Below are positions 48,234 to 55,770 of a DNA stretch of 55,770 nt, one piece after another. The stretch is from an uncultured virus (IMG/VR IMGVR_UViG_3300006990_000013) (taxonomy: Duplodnaviria; Heunggongvirae; Uroviricota; Caudoviricetes): positions 62,001 through 117,770 of the IMG/VR virus record IMGVR_UViG_3300006990_000013; one strand, 5' to 3'. Position numbers and translations under genes: made by a program. Each line of letters opens with the position of its first letter. Position 1 is the stretch's first letter. Below the pieces are notes generated by a model. It worked only from the letters and a program-made list of their open reading frames with translations, was not told where the DNA came from and did not search any database.

Positions 48234-48461
48234 ATGGCAGGTAGAAAACTCAGAGAAGAAGCAGTTGGTGAACTGCAATTAGAAAAGAACGAGTTGGTTA
48301 GAGAAAACAAAGATCTCGTTTTTGAAAATGAATTAATTAGACGACAGAATACTATGTTGATGGAGACATTGGAAGCAGTTACAACTGATGAAATTATCTC
48401 AGATCCTAATGTTCTCTTTCGTCTCAAAACTGTTTTAAAAAATATTGAGGAAATGCAATGA
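48234..48461 (+). CDS. Hypothetical coiled-coil protein
   Basis: In-operon ORF. Confidence 0.5.
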   Translation: MAGRKLREEAVGELQLEKNELVRENKDLVFENELIRRQNTMLMETLEAVTTDEIISDPNVLFRLKTVLKNIEEMQ

Positions 48462-48676
48462 CGTGGGTATTAGTATTCGTCTATCTTTATGGTGGGGTGT
48501 CTTATGCGGAAACGTATGATGAATATCCCTCTATGGTGACATGCTTTCAAGCCAGAGAAGAACTTGGTGCGGCCCAATCTGGACGCAGAGGGTATTTTCC
48601 AAATGGTCAACAGGCGCTGTGCATTCCGTACGATATCACAGCTGATGGAGTTACTCCATACGAACTAGATGAATAA
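48458..48676 (+). CDS. Hypothetical small exported protein
   Basis: Hydrophobic N-terminus; C...C pair (CFQARE...QALC). Confidence 0.55.
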   Translation: MTWVLVFVYLYGGVSYAETYDEYPSMVTCFQAREELGAAQSGRRGYFPNGQQALCIPYDITADGVTPYELDE

Positions 48677-49340
48677 ACTTCCTCAACTCAAAAAAATTCG
48701 TCCTCTTACAGACAATCAACAACTAACGTTTGATGCTTGGGAAAGAGGAAACAATCTGGTACTTGCAGGATCTGCAGGTACAGGTAAAACCTTCCTTGGA
48801 TTGTATCTTGCACTGAAAGATGTGTTTGATGGAAACACTCCATATAGGAAGGTTATTGTCGTACGTTCAGTCGTACCTACAAGAGATATGGGATTCTTGC
48901 CTGGCGATGAACAGGAAAAGAAAGACGCATACACTCGTCCCTACATTGGCATCACTGCAGAACTCTTTGGGAGATCTGATGCATGGTTAGGACTTCAAGT
49001 GAGTGAGAAAGTGCAGTTTGAATCCACATCTTTTATTAGGGGATTGACGTGGGACGATGCAATCATCGTAGTTGATGAAATGCAGAACCTCAACTTCCAC
49101 GAACTTGACTCTGTCATAACACGTGTAGGTGAGAATACTAAACTCATCCTCTGTGGTGATTATTACCAGTCTGATTTCCACTGGGATACAGACAAAAAAG
49201 GGATCAGTAAATTTATCAAGATTATGAAAATGCTCGATAGGTTTAAAGTGATTGAATTCACATGGGAAGACATCGTAAGATCTGATCTTGTGAAAGATTA
49301 CATTATGGTTAAAGAACAAATGAAAATAAAAGGAGTATAA
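48669..49340 (+). CDS. phoH: PhoH-like ATPase
   Basis: GSAGTGKT, GFLPG, SFIRGLT, DEMQN, CGDYYQSD, DIVRS. Confidence 0.95.
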   Translation: MNKLPQLKKIRPLTDNQQLTFDAWERGNNLVLAGSAGTGKTFLGLYLALKDVFDGNTPYRKVIVVRSVVPTRDMGFLPGDEQEKKDAYTRPYIGITAELFGRSDAWLGLQVSEKVQFESTSFIRGLTWDDAIIVVDEMQNLNFHELDSVITRVGENTKLILCGDYYQSDFHWDTDKKGISKFIKIMKMLDRFKVIEFTWEDIVRSDLVKDYIMVKEQMKIKGV

Positions 49341-49343
49341 TAC

Positions 49344-49448
49344 TTGCAACGCCGTGTAAGAAAGAAAACATCGATTGGCAAATCGGTTCGATCAAAACTT
49401 TTACGTAAAGGGAATGTACGTAAAAAATATAGAGGACAGGGAAAGTAA
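49344..49448 (+). CDS. Small, highly basic protein, 34 aa; not in the ORF track
   Basis: AGGAG SD, TTG start; MQRRVRKKTSIGKSVRSKLLRKGNVRKKYRGQGK; stop abuts the next ATG. Confidence 0.65.
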   Translation: MQRRVRKKTSIGKSVRSKLLRKGNVRKKYRGQGK

Positions 49449-49649
49449 ATGTTTAGCAAACAGTGCAAGGCTCACTTAGAAGAAGTGGGTGAGACTGGAC
49501 TTCAACATATGGGGAAGGCACTAAAGATTGCAGTTACGCTGCAACTACTCGTTCCAGTCGTATTAGTTCATGCAGTCGCACCACGTTTTTTCACGAAGAC
49601 TGCTTCAACTGTAATGAAAGATATCTTTAAAGATAGGAATAAAACATGA
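49449..49649 (+). CDS. DUF6356-like small membrane protein
   Basis: HLEEVGETGLQH...VHAVAPRFFTKTAS. Confidence 0.6.
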   Translation: MFSKQCKAHLEEVGETGLQHMGKALKIAVTLQLLVPVVLVHAVAPRFFTKTASTVMKDIFKDRNKT

Positions 49650-49738
49650 CTTTAATTTTTGAAAGAGTGGGCAACACTGTGTACGCACGAGAGTTTGGTT
49701 CACACCCTAGTACGAGGTGGGTATATAAAACGTTATGA
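49646..49738 (+). CDS. Small protein, 30 aa (MTLIFERVGNTVYAREFGSHPSTRWVYKTL); not in the ORF track
   Basis: ATGA overlaps at both ends; AGGA SD. Confidence 0.55.
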   Translation: MTLIFERVGNTVYAREFGSHPSTRWVYKTL

Positions 49739-50448
49739 AACGATTTATCTTCGATGTAGATGGGACACTCACACCTAGTCGTTCAAAGATCAATACAGAA
49801 TTTCTGGATTGGTTTCTTGATTTTTGCGACAGAGAAAAAGTGTGGTTAGTAACTGGTTCTGATTACCCAAAAACTCTTGAGCAGTTGGGTAAAGAACTAT
49901 GTGAAAAAGTTGTGACTGTTTATAACTGTTCTGGTAACGATGTCTTCTTTAAAGGAAAACGTGTTAACACTAAATCTTTTGAACCGCCCAAAGAGTTGTA
50001 TGACTTAATGCATGGGTGGTTACAAAGTAGTTCGTTTCCATTACGCACAGGTAACCACATCGAAGAACGCAGGGGTACAATCAACTTCAGTATCGTTGGA
50101 CGTAACTGTACACTGGGTGAAAGAAAACTCTATATTAAACATGACGAGGCAACTAGAGAACGTGAGTCTATAGCACTTCAAATTAATATGGAGTTCCCTA
50201 CTATCACTGCTGCAGTTGGTGGGGAAACAGGAATAGATATCTACAGAAAAGGTGGAGACAAGTCGCAAATCCTAGATGACTTCGACGCTCCATATTCTGA
50301 GATCTATTTCTTTGGAGATAGGATGGAACAAGGGGGTAATGACTATCCCCTTTCCGTACATTTGAAATCAAAACAAGTTTTTGCAGTCAAAGACTGGAAA
50401 GACACTTGGGAAATACTGAAGACACTAGATCGTGGCGATAGTCTCTGA
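49735..50448 (+). CDS. HAD-IIB hydrolase, eukaryote-type phosphomannomutase-like
   Basis: FDVDGTLT, VTGSD, IEERRGTINFSIVGRN, GGETGIDI, FFGDRMEQGGND. Confidence 0.85.
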   Translation: MKRFIFDVDGTLTPSRSKINTEFLDWFLDFCDREKVWLVTGSDYPKTLEQLGKELCEKVVTVYNCSGNDVFFKGKRVNTKSFEPPKELYDLMHGWLQSSSFPLRTGNHIEERRGTINFSIVGRNCTLGERKLYIKHDEATRERESIALQINMEFPTITAAVGGETGIDIYRKGGDKSQILDDFDAPYSEIYFFGDRMEQGGNDYPLSVHLKSKQVFAVKDWKDTWEILKTLDRGDSL

Positions 50449-50751
50449 TAGAGTCCAACCTGCTGCTTCCAACGTTGTTTTGTTTACGTTTGTATCTGCA
50501 GGCCATGCACCACGGTAATCATCCCATGCAGAGTTCAACCAAGTTCTTTCGAACTCCATTGTTTGTGTTGATTCGTTGAACGTGATTTCAATAAAGAAAT
50601 CTCCAGTAATAGCTGCAGACTCTAAAGCATTAAGGTGATCAGAGTCACCACTTGCAATACAGATATCTCTGATCGCTGCAATTGCATCATCTTCGTTGGC
50701 GTAATTCACATCACTGGTGTTTACATAAGTCACTGTTTGTATGACAGACAT
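50425..50751 (-). CDS. Acidic hypothetical protein; the only credible minus-strand gene
   Basis: AGGAGA SD and exact TATAAATA upstream on the minus strand; no competing + strand ORF. Confidence 0.75.
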   Translation of the reverse strand: MSVIQTVTYVNTSDVNYANEDDAIAAIRDICIASGDSDHLNALESAAITGDFFIEITFNESTQTMEFERTWLNSAWDDYRGAWPADTNVNKTTLEAAGWTLSETIATI

Positions 50752-50789
50752 CTTTCATTCTCCTAAACTGGATTGTAAGTTTACATAAG

Positions 50790-50797
50790 TATTTATA
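50790..50797 (-). promoter_or_regulatory. T4 late promoter TATAAATA (minus strand)
   Basis: TATTTATA on the + strand, 39 nt upstream of the minus-strand ATG. Confidence 0.75.
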
Positions 50798-50820
50798 AAA
50801 GTAATAAACGGACTACTAAA

Positions 50821-51648
50821 ATGTTTTTCAACCGCTTCATGCAATTCACCACCCTGATCACTTCAATTGCAATTGCAGTTGTGGCGGCCTACTTTTCTGT
50901 AATAGGTCTCGCAACTATTTTTGCAGGTGCAGAACTTGCAGTAATCATAATGGCATCTATATTAGAGTTAGGTAAACTCGTAAGTGCAGTATGGTTGCAC
51001 ATCTACTGGAAGTCAGTAAGTCTTTTCAGTAAACTTTATCTGTTACTCGCAGTATTAGTACTTATGCTTATTACGTCAATGGGTATTTTCGGATACTTAT
51101 CAAAAGCGCATATCGAAACTGGTGCGTCTGGTGGTGAGTACAAGGCACAGATAGAACGTATTGAAAACAGAATCAATCGTCAAAACACAACTATCGCACG
51201 TGCAAATAAAACACTCGACGATCTTGACACTGCACTAGACAAGTACAATGAACTTGGTGCAGTTACCAGAGGATTGAATGCACGTAAGGATCAGACAGAA
51301 CAACGTGCACAGTTGAACGCTGCGATTGATGAAGCGTATAACAAAATCGATGAATACAACGAAGATATTGCAGACATCAAAATCAACATTCGTGCATACG
51401 AGGTAGAAGTCGGCCCTATTAAGTACATTGCTGAACTCGTCTATGGTGACAGGGCAGAAGAAATGACAGGGGATGCGATTAGATATGTTATGTTACTCAT
51501 CATCTTCGTATTCGATCCCCTTGCGGTTATCCTATTGATCACGTCTACCAAGGCAATCAAAGAACAGAGGAAACCACCAGTGAGACGATCTAAGAAGAAC
51601 GTCTCTTACATTGACCCTAAAGATATAGTGAAGATGGACTCTATTTAA
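50821..51648 (+). CDS. Membrane protein with an extracytoplasmic coiled coil
   Basis: Three N-terminal TMs (AAYFSVIGL, LELGKLV, TSMGIFGYLSKAH), coiled coil, EVGPIKY, IFVFDPLAV. Confidence 0.7.
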   Translation: MFFNRFMQFTTLITSIAIAVVAAYFSVIGLATIFAGAELAVIIMASILELGKLVSAVWLHIYWKSVSLFSKLYLLLAVLVLMLITSMGIFGYLSKAHIETGASGGEYKAQIERIENRINRQNTTIARANKTLDDLDTALDKYNELGAVTRGLNARKDQTEQRAQLNAAIDEAYNKIDEYNEDIADIKINIRAYEVEVGPIKYIAELVYGDRAEEMTGDAIRYVMLLIIFVFDPLAVILLITSTKAIKEQRKPPVRRSKKNVSYIDPKDIVKMDSI

Positions 51649-52385
51649 TGAATGAACATGAATATTATGAATCACTGAGAAATCGTTATCAAACTGCCTG
51701 TTTCAAACAAGACCAAATACCAGATAAAGAACTAATAGAAAAGATCCTCAAAGAGTCAGTCGAGTCGACGCCTGTATTCAATGGGGATTATCACTATGCA
51801 ATCGATGTCTTTGGCCCTGAATATTCGTTCGACAAACGAAAGGTTTGTCTGCAAACTATAGAAGATAAACGTTATCGAAAGATGTTTGACAGTCGTAAGA
51901 AGGGTGAGTATGGCATTTCTACACTGTATCATGAGTTATCTTTATTCGAACAACAGATCGAAGATTTTAAAATGAAGGAAAAGGGTTTCAGTGTGTTGGC
52001 AAAACATGCTAAAACTATGACCTTCAACATGCAAGTCATGGCGCCTTATCTCCTTCTCTTCAGATATTCACCAGATCAGTTCATCCACTATGATAAGGAA
52101 GAAGGTTCTAAGGCGAAGAAGACAAAGTCAATACAGGCGTCCATGACTAATGCATATGCTATTAGTATCATTGCAGACCACTATGGAGTTCAAAGTGGTT
52201 TCTGTGGATGTTTCATCCTCAACGACGAAAACGTAAATGAAGTTTTCTACAATGACGAAGACGTTTGGTTTATGATGGGTCTTGGTTATAAAGAAGATTG
52301 GTGTTACAGTGCAGAAGGATCTAAACATCATAGACTAAGACAAGAAGAAAAACCCACTCACGACAAGGTGGTGAACTGGGCCTAA
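51648..52385 (+). CDS. Nitroreductase-like fold protein
   Basis: R...F....P...I..IL start, APYLLLF, SGFCGCF, MMGLGY. Confidence 0.5.
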   Translation: MNEHEYYESLRNRYQTACFKQDQIPDKELIEKILKESVESTPVFNGDYHYAIDVFGPEYSFDKRKVCLQTIEDKRYRKMFDSRKKGEYGISTLYHELSLFEQQIEDFKMKEKGFSVLAKHAKTMTFNMQVMAPYLLLFRYSPDQFIHYDKEEGSKAKKTKSIQASMTNAYAISIIADHYGVQSGFCGCFILNDENVNEVFYNDEDVWFMMGLGYKEDWCYSAEGSKHHRLRQEEKPTHDKVVNWA

Positions 52386-52412
52386 ATATCTCTATTAGAC
52401 ATGGAGATTTTA
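52381..52412 (+). promoter_or_regulatory. Late promoter (CCTAAATA) overlapping an SD-sequestering hairpin
   Basis: ATCTCTAT (52388-52395) pairs with ATGGAGAT (52401-52408), which contains GGAG. Confidence 0.55.
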
Positions 52413-52414
52413 TT

Positions 52415-52981
52415 ATGAACATAGCAGGCATAGATTATAGTTTGACTTCACCTGCCATATGTGTACACTCAGGTGACACGTGGGATTACAAAAACTGTCA
52501 GTTTTATTATATGGTAAAACGTGACAAATTGTTGCATCCAGAAAAACAATTCAATGCAACCATGTATCCCGAATATGACCACGACATCGAAAGGTTCGAA
52601 AAACTTTCAGACTGGTCTCTCAATATCCTCAAAAAACATAATGTTACAGACGCACACATCGAAGGTTATGCTTTCGGTGCAGTTGGTCGTGTCTTTCAAA
52701 TTGCAGAGAACGCAGGGCATCTCAAGTATCAGATCCACAAAGCAGGTATGGTACAAGCGGTTCATGCTCCGACTGTGATCAAAAAATTCGCAACAGGAAA
52801 GGGTAATGCGACAAAAGAAAAGATGTATGATGCATTTTTTTCTGAAACAGGGGTTGACATTCGTGAAAAAGTTGGTATAATATCATTTAAACAATGGAAC
52901 CCTATCAGTGACATTGTGGACGCATATTATATCGCAAAACACGGTTTTGTCAAGGAGAAAGAAAATGCAGATCAGTCGTAA
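52415..52981 (+). CDS. RuvC-like (RNase H fold) Holliday junction resolvase/nuclease
   Basis: AGIDYSLTSP, HIEGYAF, PTVIKKFATGKGNATKEKM, DIVDAY. Confidence 0.75.
   Translation: MNIAGIDYSLTSPAICVHSGDTWDYKNCQFYYMVKRDKLLHPEKQFNATMYPEYDHDIERFEKLSDWSLNILKKHNVTDAHIEGYAFGAVGRVFQIAENAGHLKYQIHKAGMVQAVHAPTVIKKFATGKGNATKEKMYDAFFSETGVDIREKVGIISFKQWNPISDIVDAYYIAKHGFVKEKENADQS
52854..52881 (+). promoter_or_regulatory. Sigma70-type promoter inside the resolvase gene
   Basis: TTGACA, 16 nt spacer, TGnTATAAT. Confidence 0.65.
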
Positions 52982-53192
52982 GAGTTCCCTCACAGGTATC
53001 TATCGCACACGTGAGGTAAAAGTGAAAGAAAAAGATTATGAATTGTGGGAGAAGGGATACGCAAGTATCATGGATGCTATGCCTTATCTGAATGAGAATG
53101 ACCGAACGTTCCTCTTGGCAGGTATTACGGATGATGAGTGGAGACAGGCATTCTCATCTGAAATAAGTAGTATAGTAAACGACAAGTTCTAG
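52965..53192 (+). CDS. Conserved hypothetical phage protein
   Basis: AGGAG SD; RKSSLTG...IMDAMPYLNENDRTFLLAGITDDEW. Confidence 0.7.
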   Translation: MQISRKSSLTGIYRTREVKVKEKDYELWEKGYASIMDAMPYLNENDRTFLLAGITDDEWRQAFSSEISSIVNDKF

Positions 53193-53200
53193 GAGACCTC

Positions 53201-53383
53201 ATGGAAACGATATGGTTACTATTGACATATGTTGCAGGCACAGGTATCGGTTGGTATATCGGTAACAGTAGAAATATGGAACAAACTGTAGGCGCACTTA
53301 TTGACCGACTTATCAAAGATGGTTATATTAAAACTAAAGGACACGGTTCAGACGCCGAGTTGTTGAAACACTGGGAAGAGTAA
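53201..53383 (+). CDS. Small membrane-anchored hypothetical protein
   Basis: AGGAG SD; N-terminal TM segment. Confidence 0.6.
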   Translation: METIWLLLTYVAGTGIGWYIGNSRNMEQTVGALIDRLIKDGYIKTKGHGSDAELLKHWEE

Positions 53384-54022
53384 ATGAGTATTATTATCTT
53401 TAATGGCCCACCCAAATCGGGTAAGGACGAAGCAGCGTCTTATTTCAAGAGACGTGGTTTTGCACATCTTAGTTTTAAACACCAACTATTTAAGGAAACA
53501 ATCAATGAGTTTGATGTTGATACTATATGGTTCATGGATGGTTTTAATGACCGTTCTACTAAAGAACGTCCAGAAGATGAACTTCGTGGAATGTCTCGTC
53601 GAGAGGCAATGATCCACACATCAGAAGATGTTATCAAACCAAAATATGGTAAGTCATTTTTTGGTGACAAGGTCGCAGAAGAACTTGACATTGGCAACGA
53701 GTACGTTATCAGTGACGGTGGTTTTGTAGAAGAACTTGAACCTATCATTGATAAGATTGGTGCAGATAATATTCTTCTCGTCCAACTCGTACGAGATGGT
53801 TGCACATACGAACATGATTCCCGCCGATACTTTAACGGTTACTGTATTAAAGAATTCATCAATGGATATAAATCAGACTTTCAAACTCAGTATCTACTAG
53901 AAACTGAGATGCCTTTGACCACCTATCGCATATATAATAATGGAACCCTTTCTGGATTCCATCACTCCTTGGAGAAAATATACGAAATGGTCATCGGGAG
54001 AGAAGATGAAACTGACAGCTGA
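53384..54022 (+). CDS. Deoxynucleoside monophosphate kinase (T4 gp1-like)
   Basis: NGPPKSGKD P-loop, SFKHQL, VISDGGF..E, DSR. Confidence 0.75.
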   Translation: MSIIIFNGPPKSGKDEAASYFKRRGFAHLSFKHQLFKETINEFDVDTIWFMDGFNDRSTKERPEDELRGMSRREAMIHTSEDVIKPKYGKSFFGDKVAEELDIGNEYVISDGGFVEELEPIIDKIGADNILLVQLVRDGCTYEHDSRRYFNGYCIKEFINGYKSDFQTQYLLETEMPLTTYRIYNNGTLSGFHHSLEKIYEMVIGREDETDS

Positions 54023-54224
54023 ACAACATGGCGAAATGGTTTTTCATATCTTGTTTAATGATTATCACAGACCCTTTGTAAAAGGCAAAGCGAACAAATC
54101 AAAGATTGAAGACCAAATTATAATCGGTATGTACAAAAAGGAAATCCCACCATGTACACAAGCAGACGTAGACATGGTAGTACTCTTAGTAAATGATCTT
54201 ATCGCAAATGGTATTGACAACTAA
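54006..54224 (+). CDS. Hypothetical protein
   Basis: GGGAG SD; overlap-coupled. Confidence 0.5.
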   Translation: MKLTAEQHGEMVFHILFNDYHRPFVKGKANKSKIEDQIIIGMYKKEIPPCTQADVDMVVLLVNDLIANGIDN

Positions 54225-54242
54225 TTAATATGGAAGTTCGTA

Positions 54243-55001
54243 ATGGTTGAGAAATTAGTCGGTATACCCCGGCCTAATATTGTGAACCTCAAAGAATGCG
54301 AGGATCGTCGAGAGTATATGTCTAATGCGCTTAGTGCATTGGGTGTAGACCTTGTACGGTTCTATCAATTTGAACGGTATGAAAACTCCAATGTAAAAGC
54401 CTTCTGTGATGACATGATCGAACCTTACTGGATCGACAAGGGTACAACAACCTCACACCTACTCACAATCAAAACATGGTTAGAAGAAACGGACGAAGAG
54501 GTTGGTCTGTTCATGGAAGATGACGTGGATTTCTCTACAGTCCAACACTGGAACTTCACCTTCGAAGAGTTTCTCTCAAGGATGGGTACAAAGTGGGGCG
54601 CACTACAATTAGGTATCGTACACGAAGGAACTCCTAACATGGTTCCTCGTAAACGTGAACAACAAGATCATGGACTTCAGTGTTACATGTTAAAACGTAG
54701 ATATGCAACTAAGTTAGTTAAGTTCTATTTCAATCAGGGGGATGACACGATACATTATAGAATGCCCGTTGGGGCGGCGTTGTCTTTAGAGAACGCAGTC
54801 TTGTGGGGGTTTGACAGAGTATTTACCTTTCCACTGTTTAACCACAATGTGACGGAGTTCACATCAAACAACATCTTCAGTCCAAACGCACAGGTTCAAG
54901 CGTCTATAAGATCCTATCATACCATTAGAGCATGGTGGGAGAATACAGGCAGAAACCTCAGTCTGGATGAAATATTCGAAAACAACACAATAGATTACTA
55001 A
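54243..55001 (+). CDS. Glycosyltransferase family 25-like
   Basis: VNL....DRREYM, TTSHL.TIK.W, FMEDDVD, WGALQL. Confidence 0.75.
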   Translation: MVEKLVGIPRPNIVNLKECEDRREYMSNALSALGVDLVRFYQFERYENSNVKAFCDDMIEPYWIDKGTTTSHLLTIKTWLEETDEEVGLFMEDDVDFSTVQHWNFTFEEFLSRMGTKWGALQLGIVHEGTPNMVPRKREQQDHGLQCYMLKRRYATKLVKFYFNQGDDTIHYRMPVGAALSLENAVLWGFDRVFTFPLFNHNVTEFTSNNIFSPNAQVQASIRSYHTIRAWWENTGRNLSLDEIFENNTIDY

Positions 55002-55012
55002 AAGGAAAAATT

Positions 55013-55770
55013 ATGAGCGTAGTATATAAAGGTCAAGTGATTGATTCTGAACTATCTAAAAACTCGTTTGGTGGCACAGAAATGATGCGTGAACGAGTTA
55101 TCAAGAATGTAGACCCACAGTGGTTGGATAAAGTTGCAATTCACTTTTCTCGTCCACGTCAATTGTTCGATGATGTATTGAACATCATGTACTGCCACGA
55201 TCTTGCAGAAGATCCAGAGAATAATATTCTTGCGAATGGTGGATGGCAAAAGTTTGATCACTTTGTCTTTGTCTCTGCATGGCAACGTGACCAATACATA
55301 GATAGGTTTGGTATCCCTTATTCGAAGAGTACCGTAATCTACAATGCAGTGGAAACACAATATGACCCTTATCAAAAAGATGTGGAAACAATTCGTTTCA
55401 TTTATCACACTACTCCTCATAGGGGTTTGGAGCTTCTCGTTCCTATTTTTGATTCTCTATCTCAGCATTTTCCTAATATTCATTTGGATGTTTATTCGTC
55501 TTTTGGGATTTACGGTTGGGAACAGAGGGACGAACCATACAAACCTCTTTTCGAAAGAATCGAAAACCACGAAAAAATGACCTATCATGGGCATCAACCC
55601 AATGATGTTGTCTTGGAAGCTTTGAAGAAGTCTCACATCTTTCTCTATCCAAACATCTGGAAAGAGACATCGTGTATTGCAATGATCGAAGCAATCAAAA
55701 ACCAATGTATTGTCATTCATCCAAACTACGGTGCATTGACAGAGACTGCGGCTAATGCGACAATCGTTTA
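55013..55770 (+). CDS. Glycosyltransferase family 4 (GT-B), truncated by the window end; not in the ORF track
   Basis: AAGGA SD; GGTE, YHTTPHRGLELL, YPNIWKETSCIAMIEA (Ex7E), GALTETA. Confidence 0.85.
   Translation, partial: MSVVYKGQVIDSELSKNSFGGTEMMRERVIKNVDPQWLDKVAIHFSRPRQLFDDVLNIMYCHDLAEDPENNILANGGWQKFDHFVFVSAWQRDQYIDRFGIPYSKSTVIYNAVETQYDPYQKDVETIRFIYHTTPHRGLELLVPIFDSLSQHFPNIHLDVYSSFGIYGWEQRDEPYKPLFERIENHEKMTYHGHQPNDVVLEALKKSHIFLYPNIWKETSCIAMIEAIKNQCIVIHPNYGALTETAANATIV

Noticed and set aside
54214..54244. TTGACA upstream of the GT25 gene
   Set aside because: No -10 hexamer at 16-18 nt spacing
1..55770. CRISPR arrays, tRNA/rRNA genes, transposases
   Set aside because: No repeat-spacer pattern, cloverleaf or transposase motif was seen, and intergenic gaps are too short

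Overview
A 55.8 kb, densely coding, AT-rich segment of a large T4-like (Tevenvirinae/Kyanoviridae-style) myophage. All but one of the credible genes are on the + strand. Core genes are gp33, gp59, gp32, uvsX, gp41, gp61 primase, thyX, nrdA/nrdB, two glutaredoxins, phoH, a dNMP kinase, a RuvC-like resolvase and overlapping spanins. T4 late promoters (TATAAATA and variants) and consensus sigma70 promoters are present. Accessory content: (1) a ~17 kb cluster of tailoring enzymes (glycosyltransferases, desaturases, radical SAMs, 2OG-Fe dioxygenases, aminotransferase, carbamoyltransferases, SGNH proteins); (2) heme oxygenase plus a ferredoxin-dependent bilin reductase and a distant 5-aminolevulinate synthase, which suggests a marine alphaproteobacterial host rather than a cyanobacterium; (3) a late-expressed block of probable capsid-internal polyproteins carrying nuclease-like, ligase-like, nucleotidyltransferase and kinase modules. 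The most striking non-gene signal is a window-wide sequence rule found by hand scan: CCWGG, CCGG and GGNCC occur only when they overlap GGC/GCC. This suggests a context-specific DNA modification. All assignments come from motif recognition by eye; no database search was run.
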